The notes: generated by a model from the sequence alone, not told the origin. 64,000 nucleotides of DNA from an uncultured Bacteroidales bacterium (GCA_900318245.1 ONJT01000004.1:6940-70939); one strand, 5' to 3'; counted from the first letter of the stretch, positions 1-10,731 are shown. Numbers and translations: made by a program.

Positions 1-492
1 CACGGCGCCGAGTTTCTTACGCAACCGCTGAACGTCCTGCGAGGTCAACAAGAGAATCTGGGCTTTCGGGTCGGTATGATAGAGGTGCTTGATGAGCAGG
101 AGCGTCAGTTTGTTATAGCCGACGATGATGAAATGCCCGCGCATCTTATAATGAATCAGGCCCTTCTCGTACATGTCCACGCGACGGGATAAGATACTCG
201 TCATCACCGCGATAAACAAGCCGTTGACGATCGTTAGACCCACCACATCGACTATAGTCGAGAACAGCGTGGACATGTTCGAGCAACGGTTGCGCTGGTC
301 GATGAACATCGCCATCACATCGTAGAACATACCGTGGCTCTTCGGGTCTTTGCCGTACTCGTAGAAGGACGGGATATAGCCGAGGAAATATAGGATGATG
401 ATGGACAGTAGGATAAATCCTACCAGCCACAATAGTTTCTTCACAATACTCTTCGAAAAAGTTCGGTCGAAAATGAGTTTTATGTCCCGCAT
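1..492 (-). CDS. N-terminal part of a membrane protein followed by an RCK/TrkA-N-like Rossmann start (putative ion channel/transport protein); runs off the left edge
   Basis: Hand translation of the minus strand from ATG (490-492): MRDIKLIFDRTFSKSIVKKLLWLVGFILLSIIILYF...MRGHFIIVGYNKLTLLLIKHL..., open to position 1. It is absent from the ORF track because it has no stop in the window. The listed 146..430 ORF is another frame. Confidence 0.45.
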   Translation of the reverse strand, partial: MRDIKLIFDRTFSKSIVKKLLWLVGFILLSIIILYFLGYIPSFYEYGKDPKSHGMFYDVMAMFIDQRNRCSNMSTLFSTIVDVVGLTIVNGLFIAVMTSILSRRVDMYEKGLIHYKMRGHFIIVGYNKLTLLLIKHLYHTDPKAQILLLTSQDVQRLRKKLGAV

Positions 493-613
493 AAGGTTAA
501 ATCATTAAAATCGGCTGCAAATGTACAACTTTTTTTGCATATATCAAAATATTTTTGTAATTTTGCGCCCGATTTTCACTATACTTATTGAGAAACAATA
601 AAAATACACTTAT

Positions 614-3247
614 ATGGAATCAAAGTACAATCCTACAGACATTGAAGCCCGCTGGTACCAATACTGGCTGGACAAAGGTCTTTTTCATTCTGAGCCGGAT
701 GGCCGTGAACCCTTTACGATCGTTATCCCGCCGCCCAATGTGACGGGTGTGCTACATATGGGCCACGTGCTGAACGAGACGATACAGGATATCCTCGTTC
801 GTCGCGCGCGCCTCGAGGGCAAGAACGCCTGCTGGGTGCCCGGCACCGACCACGCCTCTATTGCTACAGAGGCCAAGGTCATCAAGCGCCTCAAAGAGCA
901 AGGTATCAACAAATCCGATTTGACGCGCGAGCAGTTCCTCAAGCACGCCTGGGACTGGACCGACGAGCACGGAGGTATCATCCTCAAGCAGTTACGTAAG
1001 TTAGGCTGTTCCTGTGACTGGGACCGTACGGCCTTCACGATGGACGAACAGCGTTCGAAAGCCGTTATCAAGGTGTTCTGCGACCTGTATAACAAAGGTC
1101 TCATCTACCGCGGCCTGCGTATGGTCAACTGGGACCCGGAGCGTCAGACGGCGCTTAGTGACGAGGAGGTGATATACCACGAGGAGCACTCGAAGTTCTA
1201 CTACCTGCGCTACCGCGTAGCCGAAGATCCGAGCAAATACGCGGTCGTAGCCACCACCCGTCCGGAGACTATCTTCGGCGATATCGCCGTATGTATCAAC
1301 CCGAAGGAAGAGAAGAACCAGTGGCTCAAGGGCAAGCACGTGATCGTGCCGGGCGTAGGCCGTGTGATTCCTATCATCGAGGACCGCTACGTAGAGATCG
1401 GTTTCGGTACCGGTTGCCTCAAAGTGACGCCGGCGCACGACGTAAACGACTACATGCTCGGTCAGAAATACAACCTCAAGACCATCGATATCTTCACGCC
1501 GGACGCGCACCTCAACATGGACACCATCGAAGAGGAGTTGCAGCCGAACGTACGCAAATACCACGGCATGGACCGCTTCGACTGCCGCAAACAGATCGTA
1601 GAGGACCTGAAGGCCCTGGACCTCGTGGAGAAAATCGAGGACTATGACAACAAAGTAGGCTATTCCGAGCGTACGAACGTACCTATCGAGCCGCGCTTGA
1701 GTCTCCAGTGGTTCGTGAAGATGCAACACTTCGCAGACATCGCCCTGCCGCCCGTACTCAACGACGACATCGTGTTCTATCCGGCGAAATACAAGAACAC
1801 CTACCGCAACTGGCTGGAGAACATCAAAGACTGGTGCATCAGTCGCCAACTCTGGTGGGGCCACCGTATCCCGGCGTATTACGACGCGGACCTGTTGGCA
1901 CAAACCGGCCTCGAGAACTATCCGGACGACAAGATCATCGTGTCGGAGACGAAGCCCGAAGGCAACTACGTACAGGACGAAGGCGCGCTGGATACCTGGT
2001 TCAGCTCCTGGCTCTGGCCGATCAGTCTGTTCGACGGCATCGAGCACCCGGATAACAAAGAGATCCGGTACTACTACCCGACCGCCGACCTCGTAACAGG
2101 TCCGGATATCATCTTCTTCTGGGTAGCACGAATGATCATGGCGGGCTATGAATACCAAGGCAAGATGCCGTTCAAGCACGTCTATTTCACGGGCATTGTG
2201 CGCGATAAACTCGGCCGTAAGATGAGTAAATCGCTCGGTAACAGTCCCGATCCGCTGGATCTGATCGCCCGCTACGGTGCGGACGGCGTGCGTATGGGTA
2301 TTCTGCTCTCTGCACCGGCCGGAAATGATATTCTGTACGATGACAGCCTGTGCGAGCAAGGACGTAACTTCTGCAACAAGATATGGAACTGTTTCCGTAT
2401 GGTCAAGGGCCTCGAGGTGGCCGATATCCCGCAACCGGAGACGTCCGCATATGCGATTAAGTGGTTCGATGCCAAACTGGCAGAGACAGAGCGCGAGATA
2501 GCAGACCTGTTCAGCAAATATCGTTTGAGCGAAGCGCTCATGGAGATTTACAAACTCTACTGCGACGAGTTCAGCGGCTGGTACCTGGAGATGATCAAGC
2601 CGGCTTACCAACAGCCGATTGACAAGGCGACCTACGAGGGTACGCTGGCGTTCTTCGACCGCCTGCTGCGCGTACTCCACCCCTTCATGCCGTTCATCAC
2701 GGAAGAACTCTGGCAGAACCTCTACGAGCGCAAAGAGGGAGAGAGTATAATGATCGCTTCGCTCAATGATAGAATGAGCGCTTCGCTCAATGATGGCATC
2801 CTGGGAGAGGTCGATAATCTCAAAGAGATTATTACCAATATCCGCGCGGTGCGCGCTTCGAAAAATATCCCGCAGAAAGAGCGCCTGACCCTCATTAGTC
2901 CGGTGGCGCTGAATGCGCTGGTAGACAAGCTCGCTAATGTGACGGCGTCCCCGTCAAACGGGGAAACCCTAGACGGAAAGGGCAACTGCTCGAAATTCAT
3001 CGTCGGCACGACGGAGTTCGCTATTCCGATGGATGCGTTCATCAACGTAGAAGAGGAGCTTCAGAAACTCGAGGCGGACCTCGCACACCAACAGGGCTTC
3101 CTGCGCGGCGTGCTGGCCAAACTGAGCAACGAGCGCTTTGTGCAGAACGCAAAGCCGGAGATCGTAGCCCTCGAGCAAAAGAAGAAAGCTGACGCAGAGT
3201 CGCGTATCGAAGCGCTTCAGGCTGCTATCGCTGCGCTAAAGGGTTAG
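614..3247 (+). CDS. valS: valyl-tRNA synthetase
   Basis: 877 aa. Class I HIGH-type motif ([16 protein letters not shown]), KMSKS motif, C-terminal coiled coil, typical ValRS N-terminus ([14 protein letters not shown]). Confidence 0.97.
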   Translation: MESKYNPTDIEARWYQYWLDKGLFHSEPDGREPFTIVIPPPNVTGVLHMGHVLNETIQDILVRRARLEGKNACWVPGTDHASIATEAKVIKRLKEQGINKSDLTREQFLKHAWDWTDEHGGIILKQLRKLGCSCDWDRTAFTMDEQRSKAVIKVFCDLYNKGLIYRGLRMVNWDPERQTALSDEEVIYHEEHSKFYYLRYRVAEDPSKYAVVATTRPETIFGDIAVCINPKEEKNQWLKGKHVIVPGVGRVIPIIEDRYVEIGFGTGCLKVTPAHDVNDYMLGQKYNLKTIDIFTPDAHLNMDTIEEELQPNVRKYHGMDRFDCRKQIVEDLKALDLVEKIEDYDNKVGYSERTNVPIEPRLSLQWFVKMQHFADIALPPVLNDDIVFYPAKYKNTYRNWLENIKDWCISRQLWWGHRIPAYYDADLLAQTGLENYPDDKIIVSETKPEGNYVQDEGALDTWFSSWLWPISLFDGIEHPDNKEIRYYYPTADLVTGPDIIFFWVARMIMAGYEYQGKMPFKHVYFTGIVRDKLGRKMSKSLGNSPDPLDLIARYGADGVRMGILLSAPAGNDILYDDSLCEQGRNFCNKIWNCFRMVKGLEVADIPQPETSAYAIKWFDAKLAETEREIADLFSKYRLSEALMEIYKLYCDEFSGWYLEMIKPAYQQPIDKATYEGTLAFFDRLLRVLHPFMPFITEELWQNLYERKEGESIMIASLNDRMSASLNDGILGEVDNLKEIITNIRAVRASKNIPQKERLTLISPVALNALVDKLANVTASPSNGETLDGKGNCSKFIVGTTEFAIPMDAFINVEEELQKLEADLAHQQGFLRGVLAKLSNERFVQNAKPEIVALEQKKKADAESRIEALQAAIAALKG

Positions 3248-3257
3248 TGATTAGTGG

Positions 3258-5930
3258 ATGAAAAACGAAGGCAACATAGAGGTTATTGGAGCGCGGGTGC
3301 ATAACCTGAAGAACATCAGCGTGTCCATTCCCCGAAAACGACTGACGGTGATCACCGGTCTAAGCGGTTCGGGCAAATCCTCTTTGGCCTTCGATACCAT
3401 CTTCGCGGAAGGTCAACGCCGATACATGGAGACCTTCTCGTCCTATGCCCGTGGCTTTATCGGCCAGATGCAGCGCCCTGATGTGGATAAAATCACCGGT
3501 CTGAGTCCCGTCATTTCCATCGACCAAAAGACCACTTCCAAGAATCCCCGCTCCACCGTCGGGACAATTACCGAGGTGTATGATTTTTTGCGACTACTAT
3601 TTGCAAGAGCCGCAACACCCTATTCGTACCTATCCGGCAAGCCGATGATTAAGTTCACAGACGAACAGATCATGGACTTGATCGTGCGGGAATATGCAGG
3701 AAAGAAGATCCTATTGCTGGCGCCGATGGTGCGCGGTCGTAAGGGTCATTATAAGGAGCTTTTCGACACAGTCCGCAAGAAAGGATTTGTGCATGTGCGG
3801 GTGGACGGCGAGGTGAAAGAGATCACGCCGGGCATGAAACTCGACCGCTATAAGATGCACGATATCGAAGTGGTAGTGGATCGTCTCAAACCCAAGACCG
3901 ACGCTTCAGAAACCGATACCCGCCGTCTCAGGCAGTCCGTGGATCGGGCTATGACGCAAGGTAATGGTATCATGATGGTTGCCGACGAAGCCGGAAACAT
4001 CCGATTCTTAAGCCGCAACCTCATGTGTCCGGAGACGGGATTGAGTTATGCCGAACCCGCCCCGCATACCTTCTCTTTCAACAGTCCGTCGGGTTGGTGC
4101 CCATGCTGCAAAGGCCTTGGACGCGTGAAAAGTGAAGAGGTAAGTAATGCTGAAATCGATAAAATTATTCAATCGGATAATTGGTACGAACAATTAGTTG
4201 ATCTTACTTCATCCCCTTCCCGTGTTACGGTTTCCCCCGCTGGGGGACACCTAGGGTGGGAGAAGATAATGGAGTTATCCGAGCCAACCGAAGAGGATGA
4301 TTCGGAGAAAGAAGAGTGGATCGAGTGTCCGGAGTGTCACGGTTTAAGGTTGAACAAAGAAGCCCGCAGTTATAAGTTCGGGCGGCACACGATCTCCGAC
4401 CTCGCGAACATGGATATCGACGAGTTGATTAAAGTGCTATCGGAATACTCGGAAGACCCGGATTTATCCGATAAGCAGAAGGCTATCGCCGAACCCATCG
4501 TAAAAGAAATCATCGGTCGGTTGCAATTCATGCAGTCCGTAGGACTGAGTTACCTAAGTCTCAACCGCAGTAGTGAGAGTTTGTCGGGCGGTGAGAGTCA
4601 GCGTATTCGTTTGGCTACGCAGATAGGTAGCCGCCTCGTGAACGTACTCTATATCCTCGATGAACCGAGTATCGGTTTGCACCAGCGCGACAACCAACGA
4701 CTGATTAAGAGTCTGAAGGAGTTGCGCGACATGAATAACTCCGTCATCGTCGTCGAGCACGACGAACAGATCATGCGCGAGGCGGACTGGATTGTCGATA
4801 TCGGTCCAAAAGCCGGCCGTTTAGGCGGAAATGTGCTGTTTAGCGGTACACCGAAAGATTTATTAAAGACCGACACCTTGACGGCAAAGTATCTGAAGGG
4901 AGAGGTAGAGATACCTGTGTATCGAGATACAGAGACATCGAAGCCGTCGGATAAATGGCTTACGCTTTCCGGCTGCACGGGCAATAACCTGAAGAACGTG
5001 ACGGCGCGGATACCCTTAGGCAAGATGGTGTGCGTGACGGGCGTGAGTGGTAGCGGCAAGAGTTCGCTCATCAATCAGACGCTCTACCCTATCCTCAGTC
5101 AGCGTTTCTACCGCAGTAAAGCGCAGGCGCTGCCGTACAAGAACCTCGAAGGCGTAGAAGCGATCGACAAGGTCATCAACGTAGACCAGGCGCCGATAGG
5201 ACGCACCCCGCGTTCGAACCCTGCGACCTATACCAACGTGTTTAATGATATCCGCGAACTGTTTGCGCAGTTGCCGGAAGCGAAGATACGCGGTTGGAAA
5301 GCCGGCCGGTTTAGCTTTAACGCCAAAGGCGGGCGCTGCGAAGAATGTACGGGTAATGGCTATAAGACGATTGCGATGCACTTCATGCCGGATGTGTTTG
5401 TGCCGTGCGAGGTGTGCGGCGGGCAGCGCTACAACCGCGAGACACTCGAGGTACGATGGAAAGGTAAGAACATCGCCGACGTACTGGATATGACAGTGAA
5501 CCAAGCCGTAGAGTTCTTCGAGGCTCAACCCACTATCCTGCGCAAGATCAAGACCATTCAAGACGTAGGTCTCGGATATATCAAACTCGGTCAGTCGTCC
5601 ACCAGTCTCTCCGGAGGAGAGAGTCAGCGTATTAAGTTGGCGACGGAGCTGTCACGGCCTTCGACGGGTAAGACCTTGTATATCCTTGATGAGCCTACGA
5701 CCGGCTTGCATTTTGAGGATATCCGCGTACTGATTAACGTGCTGCGCCGCTTGGTGGACAAAGGCAACACGGTGGTCATAATCGAGCATAATACGGACGT
5801 CATCCGTGCATGCGACTGGATCATTGACCTCGGTCCCGAAGGTGGACGAGGCGGCGGACAGATCGTAGCCGAAGGAACGGCAGAAGAACTGCGCGGCAAC
5901 AAACAAAGCATAACTGGAAAGTACATATGA
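3258..5930 (+). CDS. uvrA: excinuclease ABC subunit A family ATPase (UvrA paralogue with a short insertion domain)
   Basis: 890 aa. Two ABC modules (GLSGSGKSSLAFDT, GVSGSGKSSLIN; LSGGESQR twice) and zinc modules CPCCKGLG / CPECHG and CEEC...CEVCGG. Confidence 0.9.
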   Translation: MKNEGNIEVIGARVHNLKNISVSIPRKRLTVITGLSGSGKSSLAFDTIFAEGQRRYMETFSSYARGFIGQMQRPDVDKITGLSPVISIDQKTTSKNPRSTVGTITEVYDFLRLLFARAATPYSYLSGKPMIKFTDEQIMDLIVREYAGKKILLLAPMVRGRKGHYKELFDTVRKKGFVHVRVDGEVKEITPGMKLDRYKMHDIEVVVDRLKPKTDASETDTRRLRQSVDRAMTQGNGIMMVADEAGNIRFLSRNLMCPETGLSYAEPAPHTFSFNSPSGWCPCCKGLGRVKSEEVSNAEIDKIIQSDNWYEQLVDLTSSPSRVTVSPAGGHLGWEKIMELSEPTEEDDSEKEEWIECPECHGLRLNKEARSYKFGRHTISDLANMDIDELIKVLSEYSEDPDLSDKQKAIAEPIVKEIIGRLQFMQSVGLSYLSLNRSSESLSGGESQRIRLATQIGSRLVNVLYILDEPSIGLHQRDNQRLIKSLKELRDMNNSVIVVEHDEQIMREADWIVDIGPKAGRLGGNVLFSGTPKDLLKTDTLTAKYLKGEVEIPVYRDTETSKPSDKWLTLSGCTGNNLKNVTARIPLGKMVCVTGVSGSGKSSLINQTLYPILSQRFYRSKAQALPYKNLEGVEAIDKVINVDQAPIGRTPRSNPATYTNVFNDIRELFAQLPEAKIRGWKAGRFSFNAKGGRCEECTGNGYKTIAMHFMPDVFVPCEVCGGQRYNRETLEVRWKGKNIADVLDMTVNQAVEFFEAQPTILRKIKTIQDVGLGYIKLGQSSTSLSGGESQRIKLATELSRPSTGKTLYILDEPTTGLHFEDIRVLINVLRRLVDKGNTVVIIEHNTDVIRACDWIIDLGPEGGRGGGQIVAEGTAEELRGNKQSITGKYI

Positions 5931-7789
5931 TAACGAACCCGCTTGCAATTATTGCGCTTGTCTTAGCGACGATTTTGTTGGTACCGATGGTGTGCCGAAA
6001 GATCCGTATTCCCAGTATTGTGGGATTTATCATCGTCGGCATCCTCGTCGGTCCTTATGGTTTCGGACTGATACAAAGCGGCACGTCTATCCAGACGCTC
6101 GGCAAGATCGGCATGCTCTATATCATGTTACAGGCTGGTATCGAGGTCGATGTGAATGACTTCCGCCAGCAGCGCAATAACGCCATCACGTTTGGTATCT
6201 ATTCGTTTATCTTTCCGTTTATCTTAGGTGTCGCGACAAGTCTGCTACTCGGTTTTAACTGGGTGACCAGTACGCTGATGGGCGCGATGTATGGTAGCCA
6301 CACACTGATGACCTACCCTATTATCAGTCGCTACGGCGTACAGAAGAACCAGGCGGCTAATATCGCAATCGGCGGTACGATGCTGACCATCAGTCTCTCG
6401 CTGCTGGTGCTCGCGTACCTCAAGAGTCATTATGTCTATACGGACGAAATGAGTTTTTGGCACCAGGCTTTCCGCATCGCCATTACTTTACTGCATATTC
6501 TGGTTATCTTCCCGAAGCTCGCGCAGCGGTTCTTCAAGCGCTGGTCGGACGCGACAAGTGGTTTTCTGATCGTGATGACGCTGATGGTCTTCTCCGCTTG
6601 GATGGCTGAATGGGCAGGACTGGAAGGTATCTTGGGTGCCTTCATGTGCGGTGCTTCGCTCAATAGACTCGTACCGAACCTCAGTCCGGTGATGCAGCGT
6701 ATTAACTTCGTAGGAAACAACCTCTTCGTACCGCTGTTCCTCTTGGGCGTAGGTATGATGATTGATGTGTCGCTCCTTTGGAGCGGTTGGGCAACCATTG
6801 TCATCGCGCTCGTGATGATTGCGACGAAGTTAGTAGGTAAATGGGTGGCTGCGTGGTTAGCGCAAGTGAGTTTCGGGCTGCAGAGGACCGAGCGCCAATT
6901 GATGTTCGGTTTGACCCATGCTACTGCGGCCGGTACGTTGGCTATCGTGACGATCGGCTATGAGACGGGTATCTTCAATGCCGAGATTCTCAATGCGGCC
7001 GTGCTGATGATATTAGTGCTCTGTACGTCGGCTTCGTTTATCACGGAGTATGCGGCCAAGCAGCTGGCGCTGCAAGAACAGGCGCGGTTGGAGGCCGACA
7101 AGACCGATAACAGTTGGCTGATGCTGACGGTAGCCGAGAACCGGCATTATGAGTTACGCGAGTTGAGTGAGTTAGCCGAACTGCACACCCCGGATTTCTC
7201 GAACGAGTCCGACTGGTCAGATGCGACGCAGTTGGTGAACAGTCAGAGCAAAGCGGCTATCATCTATCATCCGGCACAACCCATCAACACCATCTCCCGC
7301 ATCCTCGTAGCCGTGCCGCGCTACGCAGAGAAAGAGCACGATTTCATCTCGTGTTTCGGACTGATACGCCGTCTGAGCAGTCAGATTGGCGCGCGTGTGA
7401 TCTTCTTCACCAACGAGGACACGCAGAAGACCATTCAGGCCCTCTGCCGCCGTAAAGGTAAGTTCCTGCGCGCGTCGTATCGCGAGATGGAAGACTGGGA
7501 AGACGTGTTGATGATCGCCAAGCAAATGGCGCCGGACGACATGATCGTGATGGTCAATGCCCGTCCTTCGACTCCATCCTTCAACCCGCTCTTCGAGCAG
7601 ATTCCGGACATGCTGGCGCGGTTCTTCAGCGACCATAGTTACATGATCGTCTATCCGGAGCAAGAGACCGGAAACAGAATTCCGGACTTGTTAACGGGCG
7701 ACACGACGCAGGCCAGCAAGACATGGTCGATCGTGAGCGCGATCAAGCAGCGGATTGTTCGGATGATGGAGAAGCGTCAACGCCTCTGA
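5927..7789 (+). CDS. cation:proton antiporter (CPA2/Kef-like) with a C-terminal soluble domain
   Basis: 620 aa. About 11 hydrophobic segments and an N-terminus typical of the Na+/H+ exchanger family (IRIPSIVGFIIVGILVGPYGFGLI). ATGA overlap with uvrA. Confidence 0.75.
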   Translation: MITNPLAIIALVLATILLVPMVCRKIRIPSIVGFIIVGILVGPYGFGLIQSGTSIQTLGKIGMLYIMLQAGIEVDVNDFRQQRNNAITFGIYSFIFPFILGVATSLLLGFNWVTSTLMGAMYGSHTLMTYPIISRYGVQKNQAANIAIGGTMLTISLSLLVLAYLKSHYVYTDEMSFWHQAFRIAITLLHILVIFPKLAQRFFKRWSDATSGFLIVMTLMVFSAWMAEWAGLEGILGAFMCGASLNRLVPNLSPVMQRINFVGNNLFVPLFLLGVGMMIDVSLLWSGWATIVIALVMIATKLVGKWVAAWLAQVSFGLQRTERQLMFGLTHATAAGTLAIVTIGYETGIFNAEILNAAVLMILVLCTSASFITEYAAKQLALQEQARLEADKTDNSWLMLTVAENRHYELRELSELAELHTPDFSNESDWSDATQLVNSQSKAAIIYHPAQPINTISRILVAVPRYAEKEHDFISCFGLIRRLSSQIGARVIFFTNEDTQKTIQALCRRKGKFLRASYREMEDWEDVLMIAKQMAPDDMIVMVNARPSTPSFNPLFEQIPDMLARFFSDHSYMIVYPEQETGNRIPDLLTGDTTQASKTWSIVSAIKQRIVRMMEKRQRL

Positions 7790-8360
7790 TGCCCTCTACG
7801 AACCATACCCATAGACCGAAGAGCATGCCGTAGAACAGGTATTTGAAGAGGTAGTCGTGCAGCATATGGAACCACTCCGGATGATGCTCGATAAGCAGGG
7901 CGATTAGGAATATCCGAAGGATATTAAACGCGTAGCAGCACACCCATCCGAGGGGAATAAACCATAGTTTCTTCAACCATAAGGCCTTGCCGGAAGTAGC
8001 CGTTGTGCCTTTTACGGTAAGGATGAGGCAGAGCCAGATAAAGCTTTGCTTTAAGCCCGTGCAACCCCATATGATAGTCGTGCCGGTACCGCCCACAAAA
8101 CGGATGGTATGCGGATCGGACATGTAGGCATTGTCGCGGAAAAGGGACACGAGCCAATAGACCACCGATGCGATATGGCACGCCATGAACTCGAAGGGAG
8201 CTGTGATGTCGAGTCCGAACCAAGTGACGGTGTCGCCGTTCTCATCGCCCACCATCGTCCACTTCCAGGCATAGTTCGCCACCAGAAGCGTCACCATGAA
8301 GATGATGACGTCCGAGTACGGCTTAAGCGCTTCGAGATATTTAGATGGTTGTTTTGGCAT
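7743..8360 (-). CDS. exosortase/archaeosortase-family membrane protein
   Basis: Polytopic membrane protein with the family triad context: IIWGCTGLKQ (Cys), AFNILRIFLIAL (Arg), HMLHDYLF (His). Start trimmed to MPKQPSKY. Confidence 0.55.
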   Translation of the reverse strand: MPKQPSKYLEALKPYSDVIIFMVTLLVANYAWKWTMVGDENGDTVTWFGLDITAPFEFMACHIASVVYWLVSLFRDNAYMSDPHTIRFVGGTGTTIIWGCTGLKQSFIWLCLILTVKGTTATSGKALWLKKLWFIPLGWVCCYAFNILRIFLIALLIEHHPEWFHMLHDYLFKYLFYGMLFGLWVWFVEGIRGVDASPSSEQSAA

Positions 8361-9387
8361 ACGGCACCTCATCTATCGCGCAGAAATCGCGGTCCAAATA
8401 CTTGAAATAACCGGCCTGGCACACCATAGCCGCGTTGTCGGTCGTGAAAGAGAAAGGCGGGATAAAGACGTCCCAATGGTATTTCGCGCCGTAGTCCACA
8501 AAAGCCTGCCGCAAGGCGCTGTTGGCACTCACGCCGCCGGCTACGGCTACTTGGTTAATGCCTAAGTCCTTGGCGGCTTTCTTGAGTTTGCGCATCAAAA
8601 TATCGACTACTGTCGCTTGCAGCGACGCACACATGTCCTCGCGCAGGTTCGGCACCCGCTCCGCTAACTCGTCTATCGTCTCTACCCCGTGCGCCTTGAG
8701 CATGTCGCGCAGCGTGTAGAGGAACGAGGTCTTGAGCCCCGAGAAGGAGTAGTTGTAGTTCGGGATATTGGGCTTCGCAAAGGGATACTTGGTCGAATCG
8801 CCGAGTTTGGCGAGTTTGTCTATCCACGGTCCGCCCGGGTAAGGCAGGCCTAAGACCTTGGCGCATTTATCGAATGCTTCGCCGGCCGCGTCGTCGATCG
8901 TCTGGCCGATGATCTCCATATTATTATACGCGCGCACCAGCACGATCTGGCTGTTACCGCCGGAAACCAAGAGACATAGGAACGGAAAATTAGGATGCTT
9001 GAGACCCGTGCCATCTTCGACAAAGTGCGCTAAAACGTGTCCTTGCAGGTGATTTACATCGATAAGGGGGATGTTGAGCGCAAGGGCAAGACCTTTGGCA
9101 AAAGAGGTTCCGACGAGCAGCGAACCGAGGAGTCCGGGACCGCGGGTAAAAGCGATCGCAGAGAACTCTTCTTTGGTCACGCCGGCACGCTTGAGGGCCG
9201 TATCGACCACCGGCAGGATGTTCTGCTGATGGGCGCGGCTAGCCAGCTCCGGCACGACGCCGCCATACTCCTCATGCACCTTCTGCGAGGCGATGACGTT
9301 ACTGCGGAGCACGCCGTCCACGATGACCGCCGACGAGGTGTCGTCGCAACTGGATTCGATCGCTAATATGACTACGGGTTTATCCAT
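8341..9387 (-). CDS. tsaD: tRNA N6-adenosine threonylcarbamoyltransferase TsaD
   Basis: ILAIESSCDDTSSAV..., GGVVPELASRAH, VAGGVSANSALR. The ORF-track N-terminal 24 aa read through the promoter, so the start is trimmed to MDKPVVILAIE. Confidence 0.93.
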   Translation of the reverse strand: MDKPVVILAIESSCDDTSSAVIVDGVLRSNVIASQKVHEEYGGVVPELASRAHQQNILPVVDTALKRAGVTKEEFSAIAFTRGPGLLGSLLVGTSFAKGLALALNIPLIDVNHLQGHVLAHFVEDGTGLKHPNFPFLCLLVSGGNSQIVLVRAYNNMEIIGQTIDDAAGEAFDKCAKVLGLPYPGGPWIDKLAKLGDSTKYPFAKPNIPNYNYSFSGLKTSFLYTLRDMLKAHGVETIDELAERVPNLREDMCASLQATVVDILMRKLKKAAKDLGINQVAVAGGVSANSALRQAFVDYGAKYHWDVFIPPFSFTTDNAAMVCQAGYFKYLDRDFCAIDEVPYAKTTI

Positions 9388-9461
9388 ATTCTCAAAAACG
9401 GCTGCAAAGGTACGAAAATATTTGCATATATGCAAAAAAAAGTGTAACTTTGCGGCCAATT

Positions 9462-10730
9462 ATGAAAACTTTGCTACTCATACTATCCCTTATAACGCTC
9501 TATCAGGGGCGCGTTGTGGACCAAAACGGCCAGCCTATTCCGTATGCGACAGTGTATCCGGAGGCGCAGCCGGAAGTAGGTACGGCGACCAATAATGACG
9601 GTTTTTTTGCCTTCCAAGCCGACCTGCCGGAGCACAGCGAAGTCATCTTCTCGTTTATCGGTTATGAGAAACTGAGCATGCCCTTGGTGCTCTTGCGTGC
9701 CAATGACTCGTTGGTCTCGACCATTACGCTCAAGGAACAGCCGATCGCGCTTGAAGAGACGGTCGTAGCCGCAAAAGCCAGCAAGCAGCGGAACAAGCGC
9801 AAACAAATGGCCGCCCTACTCCACGCGGTGTTTGTCAAACTGGAGGAAGAGTTTCCGGACGAGAATGCCCAGTATCAGGTGGTGAGCGATGTACGGATGT
9901 TGTCGGAAGGCAGCACCTGGGGCATGGAGCAAATGATCGCTAATATTGTGGTCATGCCGGAGCAATGCCGCGACGGGCGGGACTCCGTGCAGTTCCAAGG
10001 GCGTTTCTGCAAGCGCTTCTTCGATGCCCAGAAACGCGCCCAGGCCGATTCGATCCTTGCTTCCGACGCCCTTGAGCACATGGAGAAACAGAGTAAGGCA
10101 CCGGCCGGCACACCCAGCAACTACATGCGCAAAGCCGCTAACGCCGTGGATTCGGGTGTGGTCGTTCACCGCGCGCTTTTTGCGATGGGAAATATGCGGT
10201 ATGACTTCGAGCAGGCGATGAATGACTTACGTCATTGGTCCGTCAGCAACGAATCGGAAGGCGAGACGGTACTGACGCATACGGAGAGCGTGAGCAAGTA
10301 TCTCGGGTGCTTTAAGATGACCTTCCAGCGCCATTATATCGTCGATTCGCGCACCTACTCCGTGCGCCGTTTCTCCGAGCACGCAGAAGTAAAAGTGACG
10401 ATACCTTTCGGCATCAAACTGAACGCGGAGCAGCTGCAAATGTTGAATCTCGTCAATATGGGCGATCAGGATATTGAGAAGTTCCGCCTGAAGAAACTGC
10501 GCGGGAATATTGACCTCAATACCATCTACCAGCGCCGCGACGGACAAGTCTATACGCTGGAGAAGAACATGCTCGTCAATGCCTTTATCTTGGGTTCGAA
10601 GAAAGCCGAGATACCATTGGTTATCAAGGCGACGCAGCGCGTGACAGGACTACAGACACAAGACGTCAAACCCCTCAAACCGTCCCAAATCACCCGCCGT
10701 CTCAAGCGTGAGATTGTAGAGATTTATTAA
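9462..10730 (+). CDS. carboxypeptidase-regulatory-like domain protein, secreted
   Basis: Signal peptide MKTLLLILSLITLYQG followed by a GRVVDQNGQPIPYATV... CarbopepD_reg-like beta sandwich. TAacTTTG box at 9444-9451. Confidence 0.6.
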   Translation: MKTLLLILSLITLYQGRVVDQNGQPIPYATVYPEAQPEVGTATNNDGFFAFQADLPEHSEVIFSFIGYEKLSMPLVLLRANDSLVSTITLKEQPIALEETVVAAKASKQRNKRKQMAALLHAVFVKLEEEFPDENAQYQVVSDVRMLSEGSTWGMEQMIANIVVMPEQCRDGRDSVQFQGRFCKRFFDAQKRAQADSILASDALEHMEKQSKAPAGTPSNYMRKAANAVDSGVVVHRALFAMGNMRYDFEQAMNDLRHWSVSNESEGETVLTHTESVSKYLGCFKMTFQRHYIVDSRTYSVRRFSEHAEVKVTIPFGIKLNAEQLQMLNLVNMGDQDIEKFRLKKLRGNIDLNTIYQRRDGQVYTLEKNMLVNAFILGSKKAEIPLVIKATQRVTGLQTQDVKPLKPSQITRRLKREIVEIY

Positions 10731-10731
10731 G

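Noticed and set aside
1001-2680. 559-aa ORF antisense to valS
   Set aside because: It lies entirely inside the strongly supported valS frame. It is Arg/Val/His-rich with no motifs, a typical shadow ORF of GC-rich coding DNA.
4234-4246. CCCCC-GCT-GGGGG hairpin inside the uvrA-family gene, resembling the CCCCC-TGC-GGGGG hairpin after rnpB (14041-14053)
   Set aside because: It is a 5-bp GC stem only, sits inside an open reading frame, and shares no flanking similarity, so it is probably a coincidence.
9388-9459. N-terminal 24 aa of the ORF-track tsaD model, and similar 5' extensions at 31927, 35236, 46701, 47362, 51747 and 51923
   Set aside because: The extensions translate promoter DNA (TTTGCATATATGCAAA and TAnnTTTG boxes). 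Conserved N-termini begin at the internal Met.
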